The notes under the pieces are model-generated. The model had not been told where the DNA came from, did not search any database, and saw nothing but the letters and a program-made list of their open reading frames with translations. From a virus (lineage: Duplodnaviria > Caudoviricetes): DNA of 35,163 nt. The position numbers and the translations under genes were made by a program. The stretch covers positions 1-35,163 of IMG/VR virus record IMGVR_UViG_3300027835_000013. One strand, 5' to 3'. This document shows, piece after piece, positions 8,001 to 15,502 of the stretch (position 1 is the stretch's first letter; each line of letters begins with the position of its first letter).

Positions 8001-9485
8001 TTTCTCTTGGGGTCAGAGGGCGTCGATGAGATAGATGAAAAACGTGCGGGGGAAATCATGCACGATTGGTTCTTTGCTGGCAAGAAAGTGGAGAAAGGTG
8101 GAGCAGGCTCAGGACACTTTGGACACGCAGGGATTCCAGGGCAGAGGGGCGGCTCTCTCCCCGCAGGTGAGGGCGGCGCAGAGGGCGCAGGACGTGGCGG
8201 CTATGAAACCACTATCACAGAAACAGGTGGACAACGATGGCTACCTGAAGAACGGTATGGTAAAGAGTTTAAGGATGCTGTAGAGAAAGAGATTGCGAAC
8301 GCGGCTGAACACCTCAAGATGGCTCCTGCTATTGATACAGCAACAGTTAGAAATATGCTAGGAACATCGGCAACTGCTTTTTTAGCCAAAGAGGTTGTAG
8401 CTATACAAAATACTAATAACGGGGATAAGGATGAACTTAAGCGGCTAGAAGATAAAAAAGTTGCGGGGCAAACAACTGTTGGATGGGATAATAAACCTAT
8501 AGATGAGGCAATTTCTTTTGCTCGAAAGCAAGTACAGGAAAGTGGGCTTCAGGTAGCTGTTACGAGAAGTTCAGCAGTAACAAAAGGTATTGAAGAACAG
8601 GTCGGTAAGATTGCTGAACAATTAGGAAAACAGCCAAGTCTAGCTGACCAGAATCGGCTGTTTGAGAAAATCAAAGAGGATGTTTATAAGAGTAGCGGAA
8701 GTAAAATTCTTCAGAGTAATGCTACTCAGGCGGTTGTTACCAATGTTCTTGCATCGGCCATAGGGGAACGCCAACGGGCCTTAGCCAATGAGAATGACCA
8801 ATCTATCGAGGGGCATTTATATGAGCATCGCCAAGAGATTCAAGCTCAGTGGGACAAGCAGACCGATGAAGACATGAAACGCGCTCGAAACGCGGTAGAA
8901 GGTGGAGCGGCATCAGCAACGGTGCAGAGCCGCCAAAACTATCAGAATGGGCGAGATTGGGTAAAGGGGAATGTTTCCCCCTGGCTCCTCCAACAAATTC
9001 CCCCTGTTGAATGGCAAGCCAAGCGCGGGAATCGGTCTTTTTATCGTCCTCAAGATGGCGCAATTAAGTTAGCTACAGATGACCGACCAGGCACAATTCC
9101 CCATGAGTTTATGCACCACCTAGAGCGGAATATCCCTCAAATTTCTAACTTCTTCTCAGAGTATTATAAGGCGCGAACATTGGGGGAAACTCCACTAAAA
9201 CTAAGTCGAGTCAACCCAGGACGAAGTTATACCTCCGACGAATACACACGGCTGGATAAGTTTACAACTGCCTATATGGGGCATACGTTTATGGTTCAGG
9301 GGTATGGTGGTGATAGAAATGAACGCCGACAAGGAGGCGAAATCTTTTCAACAGCCGTAGGAATGTTGGCTAACCGCCGAGATGCCGCAGAACTCTACCG
9401 ACGCGACCCAGAACTATTTGGGATTACTTCCGCAATTCTTAAAGGTTGGGTTCCAAGTCCGAAACCCGTAGGAGGATTGGCATGA
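5049..9485 (+). CDS. MuF-family minor head protein fused to HAD phosphatase, two RelA/SpoT-superfamily nucleotidyltransferase domains and a C-terminal HEXXH peptidase (polyvalent protein)
   Basis: Position after the portal. MuF-like WHT..D..VCDGC...CLTRCRC (5910-6032). HAD IAVDLDGTL...IYTS...KP...YIDNRA (about 6129-6460). Synthetase motifs RTK, DITGIRII, GYRSYH, EIQVRT (6663-6945). Second domain YRLKT.ESL.RK, DSVRYT, KNYW, YQGIN, ELQFHT (7371-7670). HEFMH at 9102. Confidence 0.88.
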   Translation: MQVRLETPQPLEKLRKIYKDNVTFISSVNSYPLVDTLEFKGDYLSAMKKRSVPVKIGKKVDKEIAKYRSRLTKIWDANQADFLKSITLDGLKKSLNKADDTSLEEIAQEPDSKERTKKYRQYLLDHKDEIIRSGTKELKEDLRNVTSLSFTSVYLLGKNRGQAMTNQELSDDLTKKDRDTLDEKEQWNDDYLDGLTDDLYNNYVDALGEDYDSDDELLDTLKGVGDSERSRLPLFAAAVGSVLLAAGMRSAADDVRQVDPETGELTDEPVLDPDTDLPIGDVITGGVWHTSQDDSVCDGCDDEDGQWMTWDEFEQEAGTNDCLTRCRCIELFEPSDEPQDEEKSVKSGSLTKQDEHKKNTIAVDLDGTLLETGTADEPLGKPKPGAKEVLQRLKDEGYTIVIYTSKAGYTRISNHLKAYGIPFDHININPDEPYIVGSNLGKPSAEAYIDNRALEFKGDWEVVYQELKRRGGNPLAKIAPTTISRDIERVKEIHGSKLDDKFLQVQAKRADELRDLHSDITQRIVTDLRTLLPNADISSRTKTRYSMVEKLGRKDKYKSVDDIKDITGIRIIVNHLDDITIDGGVIDAIRGKYNVVEQQNYIDHPQPNGYRSYHLTIKDAETGRPVEIQVRTKNQDAWALWSYDLTYKPKSKTFQELSLADKETVRQYQSDVSDYLYTLDQDRTATKPECPDLITQVVKCFGEVTKGGAGSGSWEGQGQPRFQWTQAQKPEQAGIRQLEEPGRQLASRAQEAEKKITPLIDKLALTMDGTIRGREYRLKTEESLLRKMNEAYLANPALEPDKVASDIKDSVRYTMEFPDNTYTMKVSESLDALQKEGHTPVKAKNYWEQDDPYQGINVTMKSPEGHLWELQFHTPESYDLKQNKTHPVYEQFRVSPSPVERKSLYDTMVRMASTVAAPAGVMALGELARQMMKAVAEGARYFAIRPDFNDVTSGLIRLRDEKSGMVIEYLNRKGVWVPDPELLSFLLGSEGVDEIDEKRAGEIMHDWFFAGKKVEKGGAGSGHFGHAGIPGQRGGSLPAGEGGAEGAGRGGYETTITETGGQRWLPEERYGKEFKDAVEKEIANAAEHLKMAPAIDTATVRNMLGTSATAFLAKEVVAIQNTNNGDKDELKRLEDKKVAGQTTVGWDNKPIDEAISFARKQVQESGLQVAVTRSSAVTKGIEEQVGKIAEQLGKQPSLADQNRLFEKIKEDVYKSSGSKILQSNATQAVVTNVLASAIGERQRALANENDQSIEGHLYEHRQEIQAQWDKQTDEDMKRARNAVEGGAASATVQSRQNYQNGRDWVKGNVSPWLLQQIPPVEWQAKRGNRSFYRPQDGAIKLATDDRPGTIPHEFMHHLERNIPQISNFFSEYYKARTLGETPLKLSRVNPGRSYTSDEYTRLDKFTTAYMGHTFMVQGYGGDRNERRQGGEIFSTAVGMLANRRDAAELYRRDPELFGITSAILKGWVPSPKPVGGLA
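7158..7214 (+). repeat. Inter-domain peptide type A, copy 1 (VTKGGAGSGSWEGQGQPRF)
   Basis: Near-identical peptide at 9761-9817. Confidence 0.9.
8088..8162 (+). repeat. Inter-domain peptide type B, copy 1 (VEKGGAGSGHFGHAGIPGQRGGS)
   Basis: Similar peptide at 10574-10645. Confidence 0.9.
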
Positions 9486-11158
9486 AACTAACCTTGCTCC
9501 ATGACCAAGCCCCCATGCTAGAAGTATCGTATGACGCCTACAATGACCCTGTAACCCTTGAGAAAATAGACCCAAAGTTCAGAGGACTATATGATAGTTG
9601 GATACAGGACGCGGATTATATTGTAGCCCATGATGAGCAAGATGGCGGGTACGAAGGACGGACGAATGGTTTAGACGACATACGCGCCTTCGAGCAACGG
9701 ATTATTATGCTTATTCATCAGCTAGGTGGGGGCTGGCGATATGAAGTCAGCGAAGAGGGGCTTTACAAAGGTGGTGCGGGGAGTGGTAGTTGGGAAGGCC
9801 CAGGAGACCCCAGGTTTGCCTATGAAGGTTCTCAGGCAACAGCAACCGCCCCCGCGAGTGTGGTCAATACCAAAGCCTATGATGCCGCCCAGAAATATCT
9901 AGCAAGCAGGAATATGACCCCAATTGGCGACCAGGAAAAAGTGAAGGTAGACCCTGAGCGCGGAGCTAGAATTGCAGAAGCCTACGAGCAGATGAAGTCT
10001 GACCCCACAGACCCCACCGTAGTAGAAGCCTATACACAGTTTGGAAAAGAAGTCCAGGCGCAGTATGATATTCTTCCAGTCAAGGTTGAGTGGACAGCTA
10101 ATGACCCGTACAAAACCTCAAAAGAAATGGTTGAGGATGTAGTCACCAACAACAACCTTAAAGTGTACACAGGCGGGGAACCACATCCATTACTAGGAGA
10201 GAAGGACAAAGATGGTATCTCCCTCAATGATAAATTTCGAGCCGTCCATGATTACTTCGGACACTCTATGCGCGGGAACCAGTTTGGGCCAAGCGGAGAA
10301 GAAAATGCGTGGATAGACCATAGCCATATGTTCTCACCCCTAGCACAGAAGGCGATGACAACCGAAACGCGGGGGCAGAACTCTTGGTTCAACTTTTCCA
10401 AGACGAACGAAGGAAAGGAACCGAAAGACCGCAAGTTTGCCGAGCAAAAGGTCGGTATCCTGCCGGACGAGTTTCTACCATCAGCACAGCAAAAGCAGGC
10501 AAGCGACGACAAGACCGTTCAGGAAGACGAAAATCCCCGCTACTGTCCACTCCGAGCCTATCTTGCTAAAGATGTTCAAAAAGGTGGGAGTGGCTCAGGC
10601 AATTTTGGACATGGGGGTAGACCAGGGGAAGTGGGAGGTTCGGGAGAAGGGGGTAAGCCTGATATTAGCCAGGACAAGCCTGAAACCCTTATCCCACAGC
10701 ACCTTACAACATTCGCAGGCATTAAGGAGCATCTAGGAGCAGGAACCAAAATAATTATGTCCGCAGAGAATCCAAGGGGGCGTCGTCTAAGTCCTGATGA
10801 GAACGCCCGCAGGAGCGTTGGATTGAAGCGAGTCCTCCAAAATTACTCCAAAGATGTAGTGACACAACATTGGCACGAAGGAAATAATCCTATCGAAAGA
10901 AGTTATGTGGCAACTGTTCGACCAGAACATATTAACTACATACAAAATCTAGCCTTTGACCCCAAAGAGCTTAACCAGAAATCTATTATAGTTATCCGAA
11001 ATGGAATTGCTGAATCACGATACTATGATAACCGACCTGTAAAGTATGCGCTAGTTAATGAGCTTGAAGAAACCAAAACATCAACTGGCTACTACTCGAA
11101 ACTCGGAGATATAAAATACCTGTTCGACTTCAAATACAAGAGAGTGCCAAATGGCTAA
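9482..11158 (+). CDS. Second polyvalent cargo protein: unknown N-domain, HDxxGH domain, C-terminal SAM-lyase/DUF3293-like domain
   Basis: ATGA overlap with the MuF stop and SD GGAGG at 9471-9475. Motifs NDKFRAVHDYFGH, GEENAW, TETRGQNSW. C-terminal IIMSAENP..LS..EN..R...L, ERSY, NQKSII. Carries two KGG peptides. Confidence 0.78.
   Translation: MKLTLLHDQAPMLEVSYDAYNDPVTLEKIDPKFRGLYDSWIQDADYIVAHDEQDGGYEGRTNGLDDIRAFEQRIIMLIHQLGGGWRYEVSEEGLYKGGAGSGSWEGPGDPRFAYEGSQATATAPASVVNTKAYDAAQKYLASRNMTPIGDQEKVKVDPERGARIAEAYEQMKSDPTDPTVVEAYTQFGKEVQAQYDILPVKVEWTANDPYKTSKEMVEDVVTNNNLKVYTGGEPHPLLGEKDKDGISLNDKFRAVHDYFGHSMRGNQFGPSGEENAWIDHSHMFSPLAQKAMTTETRGQNSWFNFSKTNEGKEPKDRKFAEQKVGILPDEFLPSAQQKQASDDKTVQEDENPRYCPLRAYLAKDVQKGGSGSGNFGHGGRPGEVGGSGEGGKPDISQDKPETLIPQHLTTFAGIKEHLGAGTKIIMSAENPRGRRLSPDENARRSVGLKRVLQNYSKDVVTQHWHEGNNPIERSYVATVRPEHINYIQNLAFDPKELNQKSIIVIRNGIAESRYYDNRPVKYALVNELEETKTSTGYYSKLGDIKYLFDFKYKRVPNG
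9761..9817 (+). repeat. Inter-domain peptide type A, copy 2 (LYKGGAGSGSWEGPGDPRF)
   Basis: Matches 7158-7214 at protein level with different codons. Confidence 0.9.
10574..10645 (+). repeat. Inter-domain peptide type B, copy 2 (VQKGGSGSGNFGHGGRPGEVGGS)
   Basis: Matches 8088-8162 at protein level. Confidence 0.9.
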
Positions 11159-11384
11159 GAGAAAAGACCCAGAAGCTACAAAGATAGAACGAACAGGCAA
11201 GAACTCCTTTAATGTTAAAATGGAGGACGGCTCCTCTTTCCAGGCAAAGACCGACCCTAGAAAGTTCAAGAGTTGGGGGAACCTAGCTACCAAGGCTGAA
11301 AAGGGCGCAACCGGAGATACGGTATTCATTATAACTACCTGCCCCAAATGTGGGTCAAAGTGGCACATAGACTGTTCAAACTAA
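11151..11384 (+). CDS. Small basic protein with C-terminal CPKCG motif
   Basis: Overlaps the upstream stop by 8 nt. Contains CPKCG..WH..C. Confidence 0.6.
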   Translation: MAKRKDPEATKIERTGKNSFNVKMEDGSSFQAKTDPRKFKSWGNLATKAEKGATGDTVFIITTCPKCGSKWHIDCSN

Positions 11385-11460
11385 GTCAAAAGTGAAACAA
11401 TACACTTAGGGAAGGTTTCTTTATAATTTTATGTAACCCCAAAACCAAGGAGTGACAGGT

Positions 11461-11766
11461 ATGTTTGACCAAGCAACACAAAATGGTCTAAACTCGGCCC
11501 ATAATGCAAGGGTCGGTACGATTATAAAAAACCTCGACTCTGTTGTAATTCCTCGGTACTTGGGACATCTTGAAACAGCCAAACAGTTGCTTAAAAACTA
11601 TCTTGCAGAACTTGGCGAAGTCGAGTCGCGCCTTCAGAAAGTAGACTCTGGAACTCGTCTTGCCCTTGGCGAACCAGACCTCCATGCTAAGAAAGTGGCC
11701 CTGGAAGAGACCATCCGAAAACTTGAAGCCCATCAAAAAAGCACCCTACTGAGGCTAAATGGCTAA
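11461..11766 (+). CDS. Hypothetical coiled-coil protein
   Basis: SD AAGGAG at 11447-11452 fits ATG 11461. Leucine heptad pattern. Confidence 0.65.
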   Translation: MFDQATQNGLNSAHNARVGTIIKNLDSVVIPRYLGHLETAKQLLKNYLAELGEVESRLQKVDSGTRLALGEPDLHAKKVALEETIRKLEAHQKSTLLRLNG

Positions 11767-12325
11767 TGAGAACTTCGACTTCAAGAAATTCGTCGTAGGG
11801 TTAAACCTCTTAGACCCCGTAGCCTGGTCAAAGGCCGCATCTCATTCTTTGCGAATTACCATCCTTGTTGGACTTATAGCTCTCGGATGGGGATATTATA
11901 AAGGGTACAAGGGACGACCTATCCAGGTTGATGCCGCCGATGCTAAGTTTGATTTGGTAAATGGAGACGGAAAACATCACCTTCTCGAAATCAAACATGG
12001 GGCGATGACTTTCGATGGCAAGACGGTATCTACCAAGGACGTACCTAGGTTACACGCATTTGGAGTGGAATTGGCTCCTAAGCTAGTAACGGGCGTCACG
12101 TCAGCCGGAAATCCTGCAATTGGAGTTGGGCTTGGAGTTGCCCATCTTTACAACTTGAATCTCGATGGGATTTTAACCTATCCGTTTGTGGGAATCGGCC
12201 TGAGCTACGCGCTACACATTGATAAACCTATTCCCATTCAAAATACATCTGTAGGAATTGCTGTTGGCCGCGACATTGAAGCCAGCGAAAATGGCTTGAT
12301 GGCATATTTAGCAGTAGATTTTTAG
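11759..12325 (+). CDS. Membrane protein: N-terminal helix plus amphipathic beta-strand C-domain ending in Phe
   Basis: ITILVGLIALGWGYY helix, Gly-rich alternating strands, C-terminus YLAVDF. Confidence 0.65.
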   Translation: MANENFDFKKFVVGLNLLDPVAWSKAASHSLRITILVGLIALGWGYYKGYKGRPIQVDAADAKFDLVNGDGKHHLLEIKHGAMTFDGKTVSTKDVPRLHAFGVELAPKLVTGVTSAGNPAIGVGLGVAHLYNLNLDGILTYPFVGIGLSYALHIDKPIPIQNTSVGIAVGRDIEASENGLMAYLAVDF

Positions 12326-12355
12326 GAATCGGGACAGGAGGTTTTGGGAACAAAA

Positions 12356-14179
12356 ATGTCTAATTTTACTCTGTATGCCCCCATTGATAAAGTTGATAAA
12401 GAAAATAGGACTGTTGCTGGATGGGCAACGGATGAAACCCTCGACAAACAGGGAGAAATTGTTTCTTACCTTGCATCCAAAGAAGCTTTTGCTGATTGGC
12501 CTGGAAATATTAGGGAGCAACACGACAGCAAAGCGGTTGGTAAAGCTGTTGAAATTATCCCTAATGACGAGAAAAAAGCTATCTACGTCAAAGCCTATAT
12601 CAGTAAGGGAAGTCCTGAGACATGGGAGAAAATCCTCGACGGAACCCTACGAGGGTATTCAATTGGAGGAAATACTCTCGATAAGAGTGTACAAATCGTA
12701 AAAGATGTCCAAACGGGTCAATCTCGACAGGTCACTAAGATAAATAAATACAGACTAAATGAGCTTAGTCTAGTGGACAATCCCGCGAATCCGTCAAGCA
12801 TATTCTCTCTCGTAAAACGGGCGAATGACGGATACCTATATCAGACTGAACTCGTCGAGGACATTCAAAAAGTCATCATCACTGATTCCGATTTCATTCT
12901 TGAGAACGAAGTCAAGGAATATCGTGAGAAGGCCGATGGCCTTGCTCGAAAGATACGTACCTCCGACGAAATGGAAAAGATGGGGGACGATGAATTTGGC
13001 ATTATCCGTAAATATGTTTCACCACAGGGTAATAAGGTAGTCAAAGAACGTCATTACTTCATGCCCGACAAGGTTCATGCAAATGCTGTTCTTCGGAAAC
13101 TAGATGAGCAATCTATAACTCCCGACGAGCGCAATGTGCTTCACAAGAAAGCGAAGGAAATTCTAGGTTCCTCACACTCAGAGGACGAGTGTAAATTTTG
13201 TAAGAGTGAGTCAACCAATACAGGGGGTGATTCTAGCGATATGGACAAAGCAGTAGTTACCGAACTAACCGGAAAGATTGATGCACTTTGCACAACGATT
13301 GACAAAATGCTCAAGGCGTATGAGGGTGCGTATAAGCCTGTTGCAGGCGCGAAGGACACACCGGAGCAAGAAGGGGAGAACCCGACAGATGCTTCGATAA
13401 GTCCGTCAAGCCCTGACAAAACTGGCGACCCAGATAACAAAGATGTCAAGACCCAGGATGAACAACCTGTTCCCGCAAAGAAAAATGTTGGAGCATCTAA
13501 TACCAAGAAGGCCCAGAATCCAGCAACTTCCAATGCCGAGACACAGGAGAGTCCTGCGGTTCCAGCAGGGACAGGAAAGGCAGAGTCCGTGAGCGCCAAA
13601 GATGGCGTTCCAGCCGCGTCAAGTCCCGAAAAAGCAGGCGACCCCGCAAAGAACGAGGTCAAGACGCAAGATGAACAGCCAGTTCCAGCCAAGAAAGCAA
13701 TGGCATCTAAACCCGCTGAAGGTTCAGCAGAGGAAGAAGCCTCTGAGACCCCAGAGGAAGAAGCCGCAGAACAAGCAGGAACTAAGAAAGCTGTGAAAAA
13801 GGCGAAGCCAGCCGAAGGTTCTCAAGAGGAAGAGGATAAAGAAACCGAAGCAGAGGAAATGGCTGAAGAGGGTGCAAAGAAATCGGCTGACCCATCAGAC
13901 CTTAAGAAATTGGTTGCAACGGTTCAGACTCTTCAGAAAGAAGTTGAGACACTGAAAAAGCAACCCCTTCCCCGCAAGTACGCCGCAACAAGGATTGAGA
14001 AGTCCAATGAAGAACCAAGTGGAGAAGATACTCTTCAGAAAGAGTACAACGAGGTTCTTGAGTGGATTAAAGCTCACCCAGGCAAAGACCTTCCAAGGGA
14101 AATTGCCATAAAGAAAGATGCCGTACTGAACAAGATGTTATCCAACAAATTTGGAGACAGCACGAAAAAGGTAATGTAA
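12356..14179 (+). CDS. Prohead protease (HK97-type, S78-like) fused to a scaffold-like region
   Basis: RTVAGWAT, DKQGE, NIREQH, GYSIGG, LNELSLVDNPANP. Long acidic low-complexity C-terminal half with a coiled coil. An alternative TTG start at 12344 is possible. Confidence 0.9.
   Translation: MSNFTLYAPIDKVDKENRTVAGWATDETLDKQGEIVSYLASKEAFADWPGNIREQHDSKAVGKAVEIIPNDEKKAIYVKAYISKGSPETWEKILDGTLRGYSIGGNTLDKSVQIVKDVQTGQSRQVTKINKYRLNELSLVDNPANPSSIFSLVKRANDGYLYQTELVEDIQKVIITDSDFILENEVKEYREKADGLARKIRTSDEMEKMGDDEFGIIRKYVSPQGNKVVKERHYFMPDKVHANAVLRKLDEQSITPDERNVLHKKAKEILGSSHSEDECKFCKSESTNTGGDSSDMDKAVVTELTGKIDALCTTIDKMLKAYEGAYKPVAGAKDTPEQEGENPTDASISPSSPDKTGDPDNKDVKTQDEQPVPAKKNVGASNTKKAQNPATSNAETQESPAVPAGTGKAESVSAKDGVPAASSPEKAGDPAKNEVKTQDEQPVPAKKAMASKPAEGSAEEEASETPEEEAAEQAGTKKAVKKAKPAEGSQEEEDKETEAEEMAEEGAKKSADPSDLKKLVATVQTLQKEVETLKKQPLPRKYAATRIEKSNEEPSGEDTLQKEYNEVLEWIKAHPGKDLPREIAIKKDAVLNKMLSNKFGDSTKKVM
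13406..13696 (+). repeat. Duplicated 26-aa unit in the scaffold (SSP.K.GDP....VKTQDEQPVPAKK) at 13406-13483 and 13619-13696
   Basis: Seen directly in the translation. A second pair KPAEGS.EEE..ET..EE.AE follows. Confidence 0.9.
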
Positions 14180-14207
14180 TTAGCAAGACCCAAGGAGGAA
14201 TAATACA

Positions 14208-14402
14208 ATGGCATTGAACAATTCTCCTGACGCACATTGGGAAGGCCCACTCCGCGTTGATGGTAGTATTTCACTTCGACGTTATACTACCGCACAGCGA
14301 GATGCCCTCTCCGTCGCGGAAGGAACTGTTATCTACAATGTAACCACCCACAAACTGAACGTGCGGGTTGCCGCAGGGTGGGAAGCTGTCACATCAGCTT
14401 AA
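14208..14402 (+). CDS. Small virion protein, probable head decoration
   Basis: Strong SD AAGGAGG. Fibre-knob-type motif YTTAQRDAL...GTVIYNVTT...W. Sits between scaffold and capsid genes. Confidence 0.65.
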   Translation: MALNNSPDAHWEGPLRVDGSISLRRYTTAQRDALSVAEGTVIYNVTTHKLNVRVAAGWEAVTSA

Positions 14403-14473
14403 TAACCAAATCGTGAACCAAAATAATGTAATACCCAAAAGTAATACCAAAAAGGAGAAACTAAAAAACTAAT

Positions 14474-15478
14474 ATGAGCAACGCAAACCTCGTAGACGAG
14501 GCGTTGGCAACGATTCGTAAATCTATCGAATCGACTGATGTTAGCGGATTACTGCTTGTCCGTGAGGACTTGCAGGCCGAGCTTGCAATTGAAGCTCCTA
14601 CCGCTACGCCAGTTCGCAATCGTCTTAATCGTATTCAAGGAAATGGTCGTGCTCACTCTTGGTACAAACTTGTACCCACCACAGTCGATGAAGGACTGTT
14701 CCTCGGAACGGCTCCCTCAAAGATGTTCTTTGAGAAGGGTGGACTTCCTGACGCAACAACCCCTTCCTACAAGAACGTGAGCGCACCTTATACAGCGATT
14801 GGTGACTTGGTGACCGTATCGTTCCAAGACCAGATGAGCGGCGCAACATACACCGACATCAAAAAGCACCAAATCAAGCTGAAGATGGTCAACGTGGCGC
14901 GTGGTGAAGAGTGGGCCATAATCAATGGCGATTCCACAGTAGACCCCAAGCAGTTTGATGGTCTACTCAAGCAAATCACCACAAACACCACAGACCTAGC
15001 AGGTGTGAACCTCTCTCTATCCGATATTACCAATATGGAGCGAAAAATCGTCACTCGCGGTGGGAAACCACAGGCGGTGATTGCTGGCTACCGTGAGGCT
15101 CAGAGGATTTCCGAACTCGTCCTCGGTAGTTTCTACCGTTTAACTCAAGCAGGAGCAGGCTCTATGTCCAATGTTCCGGCGGGTGTTGCTGTAACCGCAT
15201 GGGACAATGTGTTTGGTCGTGTGGACATTATCGGGTCAGAGTTCCTTCGTCCAGAAGGTATTGATGAACTAGCAAAGCTGATTGTGCTGGATGATAAAAC
15301 GGTGCTCGAAGATGGAAATGCCGTCCAGATGGTTGACCTTATGCCATTGTCGGCAATCGACCTCGCACTCCTTGGTTCGGCTTACCGAACTCTGGTCTGC
15401 GAATTTACGGTTTTGATGCTTGCCTGTGAAGCCTTCCAGGGAGTCATCAAGAACATCGGTACAACGGAGCCAGCATAA
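14474..15478 (+). CDS. Major capsid protein (HK97 fold)
   Basis: Position, 334-aa size, A-rich leader with AAGGAG, motifs TPVRNRL, EEWAIINGDS....FDGL, downstream hairpin. Confidence 0.9.
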   Translation: MSNANLVDEALATIRKSIESTDVSGLLLVREDLQAELAIEAPTATPVRNRLNRIQGNGRAHSWYKLVPTTVDEGLFLGTAPSKMFFEKGGLPDATTPSYKNVSAPYTAIGDLVTVSFQDQMSGATYTDIKKHQIKLKMVNVARGEEWAIINGDSTVDPKQFDGLLKQITTNTTDLAGVNLSLSDITNMERKIVTRGGKPQAVIAGYREAQRISELVLGSFYRLTQAGAGSMSNVPAGVAVTAWDNVFGRVDIIGSEFLRPEGIDELAKLIVLDDKTVLEDGNAVQMVDLMPLSAIDLALLGSAYRTLVCEFTVLMLACEAFQGVIKNIGTTEPA

Positions 15479-15502
15479 TACTTGGCTTCTAATTAAAATT
15501 GA

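Noticed and set aside
5049-9485. Inteins as the explanation for the long MuF protein
   Set aside because: No intein N-terminal block, LAGLIDADG motif or terminal His-Asn followed by Cys/Ser/Thr was recognised.
11399-11427. Sigma70 promoter (TATAAT at 11422-11427)
   Set aside because: No convincing -35 at normal spacing in an AT-rich gap, so it is too weak to call.
14403-14473. Short direct repeat GTAATACC(C)AAAA in the capsid leader
   Set aside because: Most simply an unstructured A/C-rich translation leader; too short to support a separate element.
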